Below, one piece after another: positions 50,703-60,839 of a stretch of DNA of 64,000 nt (within the stretch, counting starts at the first letter, position 1; every line of letters starts with the position of its first letter). Under the pieces are notes generated by a model that had not been told where the DNA came from, did not search any database, and was given only the letters and a program-made list of their open reading frames with translations. The translations under genes and the position numbers were made by a program. Source of the stretch: Candidatus Darwinibacter acetoxidans (lineage in GTDB: Bacteria; Bacillota; Limnochordia; Darwinibacteriales; Darwinibacteriaceae); NCBI GenBank assembly GCA_041936745.1, contig JBHGWS010000143.1:179-64178 (forward strand). Reading direction: 5' to 3'.

Positions 50703-51990
50703 TTAGTTCACCTTCCCGCCTCGGGCGCAGTAAATAAGTTGTGTCCAGGGTAATTTTGTTCATGGCCGCCACTACGTCTTCTTTCTGCACTTTTTCGATG
50801 GCGCCGGTTACTTCCGCGATACTCCTCAAATCCCTGTTCACAACGCCAATTATATTGCGGTCGATCAGTGCTGCCGGGTTATCCTTCATGGCCGTAATCC
50901 CCGCAATCAGCGCCCGTTTGGTCTGGGCCAGCTCCTGGGGGCTGATTTGGCCCTGCTGGATTTCCCTCACCTGCTTTTCGATTATTGCCACCGCTTCCTG
51001 CCGCTTGGCCGCAGCCAGGCCCGCGTTAATGGTCAAAATCCCCTTGGTCCCTTCCACGTTGGAATCGACGTAATAAGCGAGGCTTGCTTTTTCCCGCACA
51101 TTGACAAACAGCTTGGAGTGGGGGAAGCCGCCTAAGATGCCGTTGCCCACAAGTAAGGCGTAGTAGTTGTCGGCAAGGTAATTGCAGTTCGTGCGGTACC
51201 CCATAACCAAAATCGCCTGGTTTACATCCATCGCCTCTTCCACCGTCCGCGGCTTACCGCCGCCGCCGCTTTGCGGCCCCTTTAGGCTTTTTAGATCTTT
51301 CCGGCTGCGGACAAGTTGCCCAAACAGGTTGGCCAGCACATCGAGATTGCTGCCCACTAAGAAAATGTCCATGGGATGATTTTCAAACAAATTGCGGTAG
51401 TGGCTGTGCACTTTTTCGTTTTCCAAGCTCCGGGCCGACTTTTCATCACCGTATTTATAGATCCCGAAGGGTTCATCGGCACACATTTCAGCCATGGCCC
51501 GGGCAAAGGCGTAAGCCCGCTTGTTGTTCACCAAGCTTGTGATTTCCTGCCTCAGTTTGTTCTTTTCCTGGACGAAAAAATCGGCCACAAATGAATTATC
51601 AGACCCGGCGGGGTTGGAGGCAATATCCCAAAAGGTGCGCAGTCCCCGCTCTATGTTCCGCTCGCCGTTGGGCAGAAGCGATGGATCGATTAAACGGCAG
51701 GCAAACTCCAGAATTTGGCGCTCACCGATTTTTAAAACATCGGAATTAAATTCCGCAGCATATAAGTATTCCAGTTCCCGGGCAATCTGCAGCGTTGAGG
51801 GGAATTTCTGCGAACCGCGCCGCAAAAGCAGAGGTATGATGGCAGTGGCCGCCGCATTCTTTTCATCTAAGTCCTGTTGGATAAACACCTTGCATGTTAT
51901 CGATTTAAATTTGTCCGTCTCACATAAATGCAGCCGCACGCCTTTGCCTAAATTACATTGAGTAAAATTCAAAACGTTTCCTCCTCCCAA
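50689..51990 (-). CDS. M16-family peptidase-like protein lacking the HXXEH motif (probable non-catalytic partner subunit)
   Basis: 433 aa with the M16 fold pattern but no HXXEH. Overlaps the downstream M16 gene by 14 nt. Confidence 0.75.
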   Translation of the reverse strand: MGGGNVLNFTQCNLGKGVRLHLCETDKFKSITCKVFIQQDLDEKNAAATAIIPLLLRRGSQKFPSTLQIARELEYLYAAEFNSDVLKIGERQILEFACRLIDPSLLPNGERNIERGLRTFWDIASNPAGSDNSFVADFFVQEKNKLRQEITSLVNNKRAYAFARAMAEMCADEPFGIYKYGDEKSARSLENEKVHSHYRNLFENHPMDIFLVGSNLDVLANLFGQLVRSRKDLKSLKGPQSGGGGKPRTVEEAMDVNQAILVMGYRTNCNYLADNYYALLVGNGILGGFPHSKLFVNVREKASLAYYVDSNVEGTKGILTINAGLAAAKRQEAVAIIEKQVREIQQGQISPQELAQTKRALIAGITAMKDNPAALIDRNIIGVVNRDLRSIAEVTGAIEKVQKEDVVAAMNKITLDTTYLLRPRREGELNGTN

Positions 51991-54900
51991 TCAAGGTGCC
52001 GGATTTCATGCGTATTTTCCCCAAAAAGCCCACTTTTACCACGGGCAGCAGCCGGTGCACAATTTAAACAGCCCTGCCCCGGGGGGAATGCTCCAATTCC
52101 AACCTCAGCACCGGCAATAATTTTTCTGCAGGTGGCGGCAATCCACTGCTCGGTGGCGGCCGCGGCCAAAAATTCTTCCCCGAGAGCATAGACCTCATTG
52201 GGAATGAGAAAATATGCCAGGGACTTCCGGACCGTGGTTTGGAATTCTTCCGCCATGGCCCAGGCATAAAGGCGCAGCTGTACCTGGTAGCCGGCACCAA
52301 CTAAGGCTACCTGCTCTTTTTTGATCCAGTTAGACTTAAAGTCAACTACCTCAATGCCCGTTTTCCCCACAAACACCTGATCAACAAGGCCGTTTATAAT
52401 AAAGTTTTCCACCGGCAGGGCAAATTCTTTTTCTTTGTAGATTTTCCAATTACCCTGCGGTTCAACCGACCGGGCGAAAAATTCGCTTTTTAAATAAGGG
52501 GCGATAATCCTTTTTAACTGTGCCTCTTCCCTATTATTTAATTCCACGCCTTCCATTAACGCCGCGTAGCGGACCAAGTCCTCAAGCTGGCCCGGCTCCG
52601 TAATTTGCTCGCAGACACGGTGCACGATGTTGCCGCGCCGAAGGGCGGACAGCCCCGGCGTCGATTTCGTACTGTCCGCGGGTTTTTCGCGCCGAGCCTC
52701 TTCCGGAACCCGCAGAATATAATTGAGGAAGTAACAGCGCGGGCAGCGGGCGTAAGCCATTAAAGCCGTGACAGAAAAAGATACCCGGCTGTAACTGGGG
52801 GCTAAGGGCTTCCATCCCCGGGCCGGGGGCAGAGCGGTTTCTGCTTCGGCGGGGGCTTTTGCCGCCTCCAACGTTCGATCCCCCAAAATTTCAGTGTAAA
52901 GTGAGGGAGGCAGCTCAGGTAAAATAGAGTTTAACCACGACCACCAGCTGGTTTGAGACTTAGGCCCATCGAGACCGCAGAAAAATATTTCCTCTTCCGC
53001 CCGCGTTAAGGCAACGTATAAAAGGCGCTTTGCTTCGCTTTCTTCTTCTGCCGCATTCTTTTGCCGCAGCGCTTCGTAAGCGTCACTCCCCTTAAAAGTT
53101 AAGCCAAAATCGGGATGGTAAAGCACCGGTCCGTGCTGCCTGCGCAAAATGCGCCCATTAGTATCGGGGAGAAAGACCACGGGAAATTCCAAGCCCTTGG
53201 CACCGTGTACTGTACGTAAGGTTACCACATCCGCCTGCTCCGCATCAAGGCTGGCTTCCCCTTCCCGCTCACCTTCGGCCACAGCCAAATGGATGTAGCG
53301 CAGCTGTTCCGGCAGGGAAATTATACCCCGGGCATATAATTCCCAGCTCTGTTCTAAAAACTTCTCAACATTGGCGGCCTTTTGTGCCCCAAAAAGCAGC
53401 CGCCGAGTTTTCGCCACGTAATCTGTTCTGTCTAAAATGGCTTTGATTACCTCAGGTGCGCCTTTTTGCAGGCTTAAAGACTTTAAGGCGGCATAATCCC
53501 CTGCCGCTTTTTCACAAGCCGCCTGCTCCTTTTGGGAAAGCTTGGCCGCTTTACCCTGCCGCAGCCAATACAAACCTTCGTCTGATAAAAGATAGAAAGG
53601 CGAGCGTAAAACGGCGAAACGGGCCGTTTGATCACCTTCATCCTCCAACCAGGCGAGGTAATTTAGAATATCCTGAATCTCCTGGCGGGAATAAAAGCCC
53701 CGCCCGCTTAAATTGACATACGGGACGTCCGCGGCCTGCAGCGCCTGTTCATAAAGGCGCACATTGCTCATCACCCGAAAAAGCATTGAGATATCTTCGT
53801 AGCGGTAACGGCCCGCCTCCACAAGCTCTTTAATTTTCCAGGCCACCTGCTCCGCCTCGCGAGCCCTTGCTTCCTGCAGGTTTAAATCGGGAGCGGGCGT
53901 ACGCAGGATATTGACGCAGGGCTTTTCGGCAGGTTCTTTAGCCCAGCGGCTGGCCTGAAAAGGTATTTCTTCCGCCTGCATCAGTTGGGCAAAAAAGGAA
54001 TTGGCGAATTGAATGAGTTCGGGCCGGGAGCGGAAGTTTTCGGCCAAAAAAACATTTTTGCCGTTTTTCTCCATTTCTTCCTGCACGGCCATGAATACTT
54101 CCACTTCAGCACCGCGGAAGCGGTAAACTGATTGTTTCGGATCACCGACGACAAATAAAGTGGCGCCGTCTGCCGTTAAGGAGTCGACCAGCTTTTTTTG
54201 TAAAGAGTTCGTATCTTGGAATTCATCGACCATGATGTGTTTGAAATTGTAATGGGCCCGCACCCGCTCCTTTTGCAGAAGTTCCAAGGCCTTCTGTTCC
54301 AGATCATTATAATCTAAAAGGCCCAAAGACGTTTTTTTCGCCTGGAAGTTCCAATGGATGCGCTCCAAAAGCCGGCCTAGTTCTTCCGTAATCTCCCCGC
54401 CCCGATTTCTTGCAATAATTTCTTTAATTTTTCTAACAGACGCTTTAATGCCGGCCAAATTGGCGGCAAAATTGCCCCGGATGCCCCTGACGTAATCATC
54501 TAAGATGTCTAAGCCTTCTGACTGGAATTCAACGTCTCGGGACAGAAGAGTACTTTCTAAAACGGGCCATTCTTCCCGCCACTTGCGGACAATATTTTTC
54601 TGCACATCGGTATCAGGTGTGAGCCGGAGAAATTGAGCCACATCCGCTGCGAGCCGCTTTAGATCGCTCTCGTAATCCAGCATGGGCTCAGCTTTACTCC
54701 AAAAGCGCAGATCGCTTTTGGTCAGCATCTCATCGTATAACGACTCACAAAGCCCGGCCAGGTAAGTTTTAGAACCGAGTTCTTTCAGGACGGCCGGTGC
54801 CTGCATTACTTCTTCCGCCACCGCCTGTTTTAGAAGATCTGCATTTTCCCACTCTTCGCCTAAGCGGAAGCGGGGGTCGATCCCCGCCTCTAAGGGGTGT

Positions 54901-55193
54901 TCGGCGATAATGCGCTGGCATAAGCTGTGAATGGTGGAAATTTGAGCCCTTTCTATCCTGTGGGCCAGATCCTTATGCTTCCGCAGCCGCTCCTTCATTT
55001 CTTGGGCGGCTTTTCTGGTGAAGGTGATGGCGGCAATCTCTTCCACTGCAGCACCCATCTCTATGAGGTTGAGGTATCTTTCCACTAACACGCGCGTTTT
55101 ACCTGAACCGGCACCGGCTGTAACTGCCAGGTCCCGCCCAACCGTGTAAATTGCTTCTCTTTGACTGGCAGTCGGCTTAAAATCCATAGCCAA
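51969..55193 (-). CDS. addA: ATP-dependent helicase/nuclease subunit A (UvrD-like helicase plus C-terminal PD-(D/E)XK nuclease)
   Basis: 1074 aa. Walker A GAGSGKT, UvrD motifs, and a C-terminal nuclease motif GIEVVDFKSN...YQVQLRLYAWA. Confidence 0.85.
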   Translation of the reverse strand: MAMDFKPTASQREAIYTVGRDLAVTAGAGSGKTRVLVERYLNLIEMGAAVEEIAAITFTRKAAQEMKERLRKHKDLAHRIERAQISTIHSLCQRIIAEHPLEAGIDPRFRLGEEWENADLLKQAVAEEVMQAPAVLKELGSKTYLAGLCESLYDEMLTKSDLRFWSKAEPMLDYESDLKRLAADVAQFLRLTPDTDVQKNIVRKWREEWPVLESTLLSRDVEFQSEGLDILDDYVRGIRGNFAANLAGIKASVRKIKEIIARNRGGEITEELGRLLERIHWNFQAKKTSLGLLDYNDLEQKALELLQKERVRAHYNFKHIMVDEFQDTNSLQKKLVDSLTADGATLFVVGDPKQSVYRFRGAEVEVFMAVQEEMEKNGKNVFLAENFRSRPELIQFANSFFAQLMQAEEIPFQASRWAKEPAEKPCVNILRTPAPDLNLQEARAREAEQVAWKIKELVEAGRYRYEDISMLFRVMSNVRLYEQALQAADVPYVNLSGRGFYSRQEIQDILNYLAWLEDEGDQTARFAVLRSPFYLLSDEGLYWLRQGKAAKLSQKEQAACEKAAGDYAALKSLSLQKGAPEVIKAILDRTDYVAKTRRLLFGAQKAANVEKFLEQSWELYARGIISLPEQLRYIHLAVAEGEREGEASLDAEQADVVTLRTVHGAKGLEFPVVFLPDTNGRILRRQHGPVLYHPDFGLTFKGSDAYEALRQKNAAEEESEAKRLLYVALTRAEEEIFFCGLDGPKSQTSWWSWLNSILPELPPSLYTEILGDRTLEAAKAPAEAETALPPARGWKPLAPSYSRVSFSVTALMAYARCPRCYFLNYILRVPEEARREKPADSTKSTPGLSALRRGNIVHRVCEQITEPGQLEDLVRYAALMEGVELNNREEAQLKRIIAPYLKSEFFARSVEPQGNWKIYKEKEFALPVENFIINGLVDQVFVGKTGIEVVDFKSNWIKKEQVALVGAGYQVQLRLYAWAMAEEFQTTVRKSLAYFLIPNEVYALGEEFLAAAATEQWIAATCRKIIAGAEVGIGAFPPGQGCLNCAPAAARGKSGLFGENTHEIRHLDWEEETF

Positions 55194-57618
55194 AAACCTC
55201 CTTACGGCAGATACCCCGGTAAGGGCAGTAAGAGCACAGCCTGCTGTTTACGGGATCTATGGGGAAATAACCGCTGAAGATCTGCATCAGCAGCTCCTGC
55301 AGCTTCTTCTCAAAAAACTCCAGCTGCTCTTGAAATTCCTCTTGGGCCAAACAGTTTTTTCCCCTGTGGATCAAAAGCTGCCTGTGAAAGTCCGCATGAA
55401 AGATGCCGACCCGCTTTTTCTCACCCGTGAGGTAATAAGCCATGCCTACGTTGCGTCCTTGGGGAATCAGCTTTTTTGCCGCTAAAAGATAAGCGGCAAT
55501 CTGCACATCGCGGCCGTTTAAAATCTCCGCCGGCTTGGGCGCCCCCCCTGTTTTGTAATCATATAGTACGTATTCGCCCCCCGGGCTTTGATCGATGCGG
55601 TCAATGAAGCCGCTGATCTGCACGGGGCCCGCATCGGTCTCCAAGCTGAAATTGGGCAGCCGGCGTTCGAGATAGCGGGGCCTGAAACCCTGCTCCGTCA
55701 AAAAGAGATCCTCCCGGATAAACTCGCGAAAAGTACGCAGCGTACCGGCGGGCAGCTCCTCGCCGGCCTTTTCGTATTCTTCCCGTAAAAGCCCCTCGAT
55801 AACTGCTTGGGCTGCGGCCAAAGCAGGTAAGGGCCCTTCTAAATGTTCCTGCCAAAACCTTTTCAAGACCTCATGGAGAATGATTCCTTCCTGCCTGGGA
55901 TCTAAATCCAAACTCACTTCTTCCAGAGGCTTCAGCTGTAAGACATAGGAGCAGTAAAACTGGTAAGGGCAGTTGGCATAGACGTTTAACTGGCTGACGG
56001 AAAGCCCTTCTTTTAAGATGCGCTTTTTAAGATTTTCAGTCAGCTCCGCATCTTTTAAAATCCCCTCGCCTAAAAACAAATCGGGCTTTGGTTTATAAAA
56101 TTCCCCCTTGAGAGAAACCGCGTCTTCCCAAGCAATCAAAGTGGTGGGCAGGTTTAATTTACCGGCCCGATCCGTTTCCGGATAGTAAAGATAGAGGTTC
56201 GCGGCAGCACCCAGCAAGCGTTCGGTAAGTTTTCCCTCATCTGCCTTTGTTTTCTCCTTCGTCAGCCAGTGTGCATGCCTCTGCGGCGGGAAACTCCCGG
56301 CCACAAGCCCCCCTACGTATAATTCTTCGTAAGAGTGAGCGCCTAACTGTTCAATGCTTAAAACCTGAATCTGTTCGGCGAAGGTGCGTTTTTTAGGAAT
56401 TTGATAACCGGCGAAAAGCCTGGCTAAAAGCGCAGCGAACTGATTGGGCGTTAAAACCCATTCGTATTTTTTCAAAGCCTCAATTACAGTTTCAAAACCA
56501 AGCCAAGCTTTCATGTGCCAAGCCCAGTCTTCCACAGAGTTTTCTTCCGGCGGCCCCGCCTGCGGTTTAAGTTTTTGCCCCAAAGCTTCCAGCCAAAGCG
56601 CGTATTGGCGCCCGGTTTGAGCGGTAAAGTCAGCCCCCGCTTCGCTGATAAAATCTAAAACCTGCCGCCAACCGGGAAGCTCCTCCAAATACCCGCGCCA
56701 AGCGGGCAGGCCCCTTAAAGGCGGCCCCCAGCGCAGCCTGCGCCTTTCCGCCGCGGTTAATTCAAAGGGGAAACCCCAACCGGGTGCGGTTAAAAGCAGC
56801 AGGTGGTGTTTTTCCCAACCGGCCAGTTCGCCGGCGAGCAAGGCAAGCAGAGCCTTGCCTAAAGGGGCATCCGCCAAACTTAGGGCAGGAGTAAGCCACG
56901 GCAGGTTTACCTTCTCAAATTCCGCCAATAAGATGGGCAAATATTGTGAGTGGTTGGGAAAAGCACAGGCGATGTCCCCCGGCGAAACCCCCGCCTCTAA
57001 CCGGCTGCGGATGGCAGCGGCCATTTCCGCCACTTCTTCGTAAGGATCCTTGGCTTTAAACAGCTTTATTGCAGGCTCTTTTGCCCCTATTAAAATGTTT
57101 TCCCTGGGCCTGCCCTGCACAAAGGCTGAAATAAAGTTCTCCTCCAAAGGCGACAATTCCCCCAGCCCCACTAAACTAATTTTGCTCACTTCCGGCAGGA
57201 ACAGGTGCTTTTTGGCCAAGGCACCCGCTTTGGCCAGCTGGCCCGGCCGATCTAAGATGCCCTTTTCCCGCAGGATTTCTCTGTAAGCAGAGTAAAAACG
57301 CTCCAGCTCCCAACGGCCCCGCTGCGGAAGGGCCGAAAGAATATCCTCCCCCGCCGCCAGCTGGCCAAACAAAAGTTTTAACTCCTCCATAAAGCCGGGA
57401 AAATCTACAATTGGCGCAAAGAATTCCACCCCGCCGCTGTTTTGCCAAACCGCCTGCCATAAAGCTAATTCCTCTGCCAGGCGGTCTTCCCTGTAAGGGA
57501 TCTGTGCCTCTTTTAAAATGCGGGCGGCTAATCCGGGCAGCGTCATATAAAGGGCTTGTCCCCCCTTTTTGCGCCACCGGAGCAGATATCTTTGGGGTAC
57601 TAAGTGTAGAGTTGTCAC
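55177..57618 (-). CDS. addB: Helicase/nuclease subunit B (AddB/RexB-like) with a C-terminal Fe-S PD-(D/E)XK nuclease. Compact, with no N-terminal Walker A.
   Basis: 813 aa. C-terminal YVLYDYKTGGAP nuclease motif plus the Cys cluster CSYCPYRGIC. Position immediately upstream of addA, overlapping it by 17 nt. Confidence 0.75.
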   Translation of the reverse strand: MTTLHLVPQRYLLRWRKKGGQALYMTLPGLAARILKEAQIPYREDRLAEELALWQAVWQNSGGVEFFAPIVDFPGFMEELKLLFGQLAAGEDILSALPQRGRWELERFYSAYREILREKGILDRPGQLAKAGALAKKHLFLPEVSKISLVGLGELSPLEENFISAFVQGRPRENILIGAKEPAIKLFKAKDPYEEVAEMAAAIRSRLEAGVSPGDIACAFPNHSQYLPILLAEFEKVNLPWLTPALSLADAPLGKALLALLAGELAGWEKHHLLLLTAPGWGFPFELTAAERRRLRWGPPLRGLPAWRGYLEELPGWRQVLDFISEAGADFTAQTGRQYALWLEALGQKLKPQAGPPEENSVEDWAWHMKAWLGFETVIEALKKYEWVLTPNQFAALLARLFAGYQIPKKRTFAEQIQVLSIEQLGAHSYEELYVGGLVAGSFPPQRHAHWLTKEKTKADEGKLTERLLGAAANLYLYYPETDRAGKLNLPTTLIAWEDAVSLKGEFYKPKPDLFLGEGILKDAELTENLKKRILKEGLSVSQLNVYANCPYQFYCSYVLQLKPLEEVSLDLDPRQEGIILHEVLKRFWQEHLEGPLPALAAAQAVIEGLLREEYEKAGEELPAGTLRTFREFIREDLFLTEQGFRPRYLERRLPNFSLETDAGPVQISGFIDRIDQSPGGEYVLYDYKTGGAPKPAEILNGRDVQIAAYLLAAKKLIPQGRNVGMAYYLTGEKKRVGIFHADFHRQLLIHRGKNCLAQEEFQEQLEFFEKKLQELLMQIFSGYFPIDPVNSRLCSYCPYRGICRKEVFGYGF

Positions 57619-57627
57619 AATCCCACC

Positions 57628-58452
57628 TCATTTTGCTAATAGAAGTTCCGATAAAAACAAAGCCGCCCCGTCACTGTCAAAATCGGGAGCAATAAGATCC
57701 GCGGCCCGCTTTAAAGCGGGGGCCCCGTTTGCCATGGCGGCACCGAGCCCTGCCCAAGTAATCATCTCCAGATCATTCACATTATCACCGATAGCAACTA
57801 CCTGCGGGGCTTGGATACCTAAACGCTCGGCCAAAAAAGCCAGGGCGGCTCCTTTTGAACAGCGGCCGCAGATAATCTCGATCCCCCGCCACCTTTTCTT
57901 TGTGGTAAAGAGCATGGGGTTAATTTGGCCGGCAAAGTCCGCCTTAAGGTATTCATAAAAGGGCAGCACCTTATCTTTAGCATCGATGACAGAGAGGCGG
58001 ACGGGCTGCTTGGCAAGGCGGATCTTGCCTGTTTTATCGGGCACCTCCCCCATATAAGTGAGCATAAGGTTTTCAGCCTCCTGCCAGGCATAACTTGGGG
58101 CTAAAATCAGATCGCCCCCTCCCTCGCCCGCATAGACCGCGTAGTTGATGCGGTTTTTTTCTAAACGGGCCATTATTTCCGCCGCAATTTTCAGATCTAT
58201 CCCCCGCTTTAAAAGAGGCCGTTCCCTACCCGGCTCAATAATCACCGCTCCGTTATGGGTAATTAAAGGCAGTTTTAAATTCAACTCCTCGGCCAGAGTG
58301 GTTGTGCGCAGCGGGCGCCTGCCCGTTGCTAATACGATCCCGATCCCTTTTTCTTTGATACTGGCGATCACAGCACGTGTTTTGGGGGTAAGCTCACCTT
58401 GGCTGTTTAAAAGTGTGCCGTCAATATCTAAAGCTACAAGCTTAATTTTCAT
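57628..58452 (-). CDS. Cof-type HAD-IIB hydrolase (sugar-phosphatase-like)
   Basis: 274 aa. VALDIDGTLL (motif I), ATGRR and the C-terminal GDNVNDLEM (motif IV). Confidence 0.8.
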   Translation of the reverse strand: MKIKLVALDIDGTLLNSQGELTPKTRAVIASIKEKGIGIVLATGRRPLRTTTLAEELNLKLPLITHNGAVIIEPGRERPLLKRGIDLKIAAEIMARLEKNRINYAVYAGEGGGDLILAPSYAWQEAENLMLTYMGEVPDKTGKIRLAKQPVRLSVIDAKDKVLPFYEYLKADFAGQINPMLFTTKKRWRGIEIICGRCSKGAALAFLAERLGIQAPQVVAIGDNVNDLEMITWAGLGAAMANGAPALKRAADLIAPDFDSDGAALFLSELLLAK

Positions 58453-58471
58453 GCCTCACACACCTCTGAAA

Positions 58472-60739
58472 CTAGAGCCAAATTGAGACTTCGTCCCGAT
58501 CCATCAGCTCAATGCATTCCCTAAGCTTGGCGTTTAAAATAGGGTCTTCCAGGGTAGCGTTGCGTACCTGGCGCAATAGATCAATCCCCCGGCGGAAGGC
58601 AAAGACCAAGTCCCCTTCATCCACTGTTGTGTCGGCTAATAAATCAGAAAAGCTTTCTTCCCTGCTCCAGCGAAAAGCTAAGGCGGCCACATGGTCGTTA
58701 AACTGCGTTGTGGAAAACCCTAAGATTCTGTTTTCCATCTGCTTTAAAAATTTTAGGACCCGGATAATGGGTGAAAAATCCAGGCGGTGCTTCAAGCGGA
58801 ACTCGTTTTTTCTCGGCTCGTAACCGACTGAGACTAAAACGGCGTTTAATTCCGCCGGCGGATAAGCATGGAAGAGCCCTTCCATGAACATTTCCGTCAC
58901 TAAAAGCTCGTGGCCGTGGATTTGGCTGGCCAACTGCCCGGCGGTTGTCAGTTGATCTTCTTCTAAGTAGCCTAAGGCTTCCAAGAGGGCTTTTTTAGCC
59001 AAAAACTCTTGAATATATTTTTCGTGGGGATCTAAAGCCTGTTCCCTGAACATTAAGCGCTCGTAGCGCCTTAACATGCGCTGGTACTGCCTGTTTTGCC
59101 GGCGCAGGGCTGAACGCTGCTGCTGGGGAAAACTGCGGTAAAAAGCACTGTTCAGGCGCTGGTTGATGGCGCGCAAGTCCTTTTTCAAACGGCGCTTCAG
59201 CCGCTTATTGGGCCGTTGGTGCAGGCGCCTGCTCAATTCTCGCCTTTCGGTCAAATTAGCCCGCAGGGCCTGAAACCCACCCCTTAAATTCTCCATATAA
59301 GGGGAGAGATCCCGCTCCAAGGCATCCAGCTGGCCTAAAACTACGGTCCGCTCCGCGGAGGCCTGGTAAGTGGCGAAGTTTTGGCCTAAAATGCGGTAAA
59401 TCGCATCTTCGTCGTAGTTTTTAACCAAATTAAGGATGGAGTTATAGGTCAGGGCAAATTGGCTCTGCAGCGGTTCGATCTCATCTTCTTTCATTGTGGG
59501 AAACTGATCTTTATCAAAATAGCCCAGGTCGACTAAAGTAAACACAAAACCTTCTGTGTCAATGCCCCGGCGGCCCGCCCGGCCCGCCATTTGGAAGTAT
59601 TCCCTGTTGGTAATAGCCCGAAAGGAGACCCCATCCCATTTGGTACTGGAATCAAAGCAGACCGTTTTACAGGGGAAGTTTAAACCAACGGCGAAAGTTT
59701 CCGTACAGTAAAGCACGGAAATAAGGCGGTGGGTAAACAACTCCTCCACAATATCCTTAAGGACAGGCAGCATGCCCGCGTGATGATAGGCGATGCCTCT
59801 TAAAAGCAGGCGCCTTAAATGGGGCCAGCGCTCACTTTCAATACCGGGGTAGCGCGCCAGGACCGTTTCGATTAAAGCCCGCACCCGGGCTTTTTCCTCT
59901 TTGTTTAAAAAGTCGTGATGCTCGCCCAGTTCCAAGGCATTCCTTTCCGCCTTGCGCCGGCTGAAGGTGAAAAAAAGCGTCGGCAGGTACTTAGCCTTAA
60001 TGGCATCGATTAACTCCAAGTGAGTTGTTTCTTCGGCCACCCGGCCCCTTTGGGGCCGGCGCCCCGCTAAGCTGCGGTGTTTGTTTTCGACCGCCCCTAA
60101 ATTGGTAAACCCCAAAGAGCGTTCATACAAAGAATGCTTGAGGGGAACAATGCGCTGATCATGGCTGACAATCTGTACCTTCCGCTGTTGGATATCCCCA
60201 ATCCAGCCGGCCAGCTGTTCCACATTAGGTATGGTAGCGCTTAAACCGAGAAAACGCATCGTATCGGGCATAAAAATGAGGCTTTCTTCCCAAACACTGC
60301 CCCGCTCCGGATCATCGATATAATGGATTTCATCGAAAATAACATAGCGCACGTCGCTGACGCGCTCCGGGCTTTCCTGGAGCATATTGCGGAAGATCTC
60401 CGTGGTCATGATTAAAATCGGGGCGTCCGGGTTAATAACCACATCGCCGGTTAAAATGCCCACCGCCTCTTCTCCCACATGGGCTTTAAATTCTTTAAAC
60501 TTTTGATTGCTTAAAGCTTTAATGGGGGCGGTGTAAACTACGCGGCCTTTAGCGCGATAAATCTTTTCTATCACATAATCCGCGATTAGGGTTTTGCCCA
60601 CCCCTGTGGGGGCGGCCACCAAAACCGAATAATTTTTATTAATAAATTCAACTGCTTCCTTTTGAAACGGATCCAAGGTCAGTCCACGATAGGTGTGGAT
60701 AGTAGGTTGTTGTGCCAAGAGAAGCCTCCTTATCTTCAA
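58472..60739 (-). CDS. Ski2-like superfamily-2 DEXH-box helicase (HelY/Mtr4-like)
   Basis: 755 aa. Motif I APTGVGKT, II DEIH, III SAT, VI QMAGRAGRRG, and a C-terminal DSHCT-like region. Confidence 0.8.
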   Translation of the reverse strand: MKIRRLLLAQQPTIHTYRGLTLDPFQKEAVEFINKNYSVLVAAPTGVGKTLIADYVIEKIYRAKGRVVYTAPIKALSNQKFKEFKAHVGEEAVGILTGDVVINPDAPILIMTTEIFRNMLQESPERVSDVRYVIFDEIHYIDDPERGSVWEESLIFMPDTMRFLGLSATIPNVEQLAGWIGDIQQRKVQIVSHDQRIVPLKHSLYERSLGFTNLGAVENKHRSLAGRRPQRGRVAEETTHLELIDAIKAKYLPTLFFTFSRRKAERNALELGEHHDFLNKEEKARVRALIETVLARYPGIESERWPHLRRLLLRGIAYHHAGMLPVLKDIVEELFTHRLISVLYCTETFAVGLNFPCKTVCFDSSTKWDGVSFRAITNREYFQMAGRAGRRGIDTEGFVFTLVDLGYFDKDQFPTMKEDEIEPLQSQFALTYNSILNLVKNYDEDAIYRILGQNFATYQASAERTVVLGQLDALERDLSPYMENLRGGFQALRANLTERRELSRRLHQRPNKRLKRRLKKDLRAINQRLNSAFYRSFPQQQRSALRRQNRQYQRMLRRYERLMFREQALDPHEKYIQEFLAKKALLEALGYLEEDQLTTAGQLASQIHGHELLVTEMFMEGLFHAYPPAELNAVLVSVGYEPRKNEFRLKHRLDFSPIIRVLKFLKQMENRILGFSTTQFNDHVAALAFRWSREESFSDLLADTTVDEGDLVFAFRRGIDLLRQVRNATLEDPILNAKLRECIELMDRDEVSIWL

Positions 60740-60839
60740 TTGCCTGTCTTAGTATTTCGCTTATTGTTCACAATTACCTTGTTTAGTTTTCCCTAAGGCC
60801 GTCTCTTTGGGATATACTAAGCCGAGGAGGTTTCGCCCC

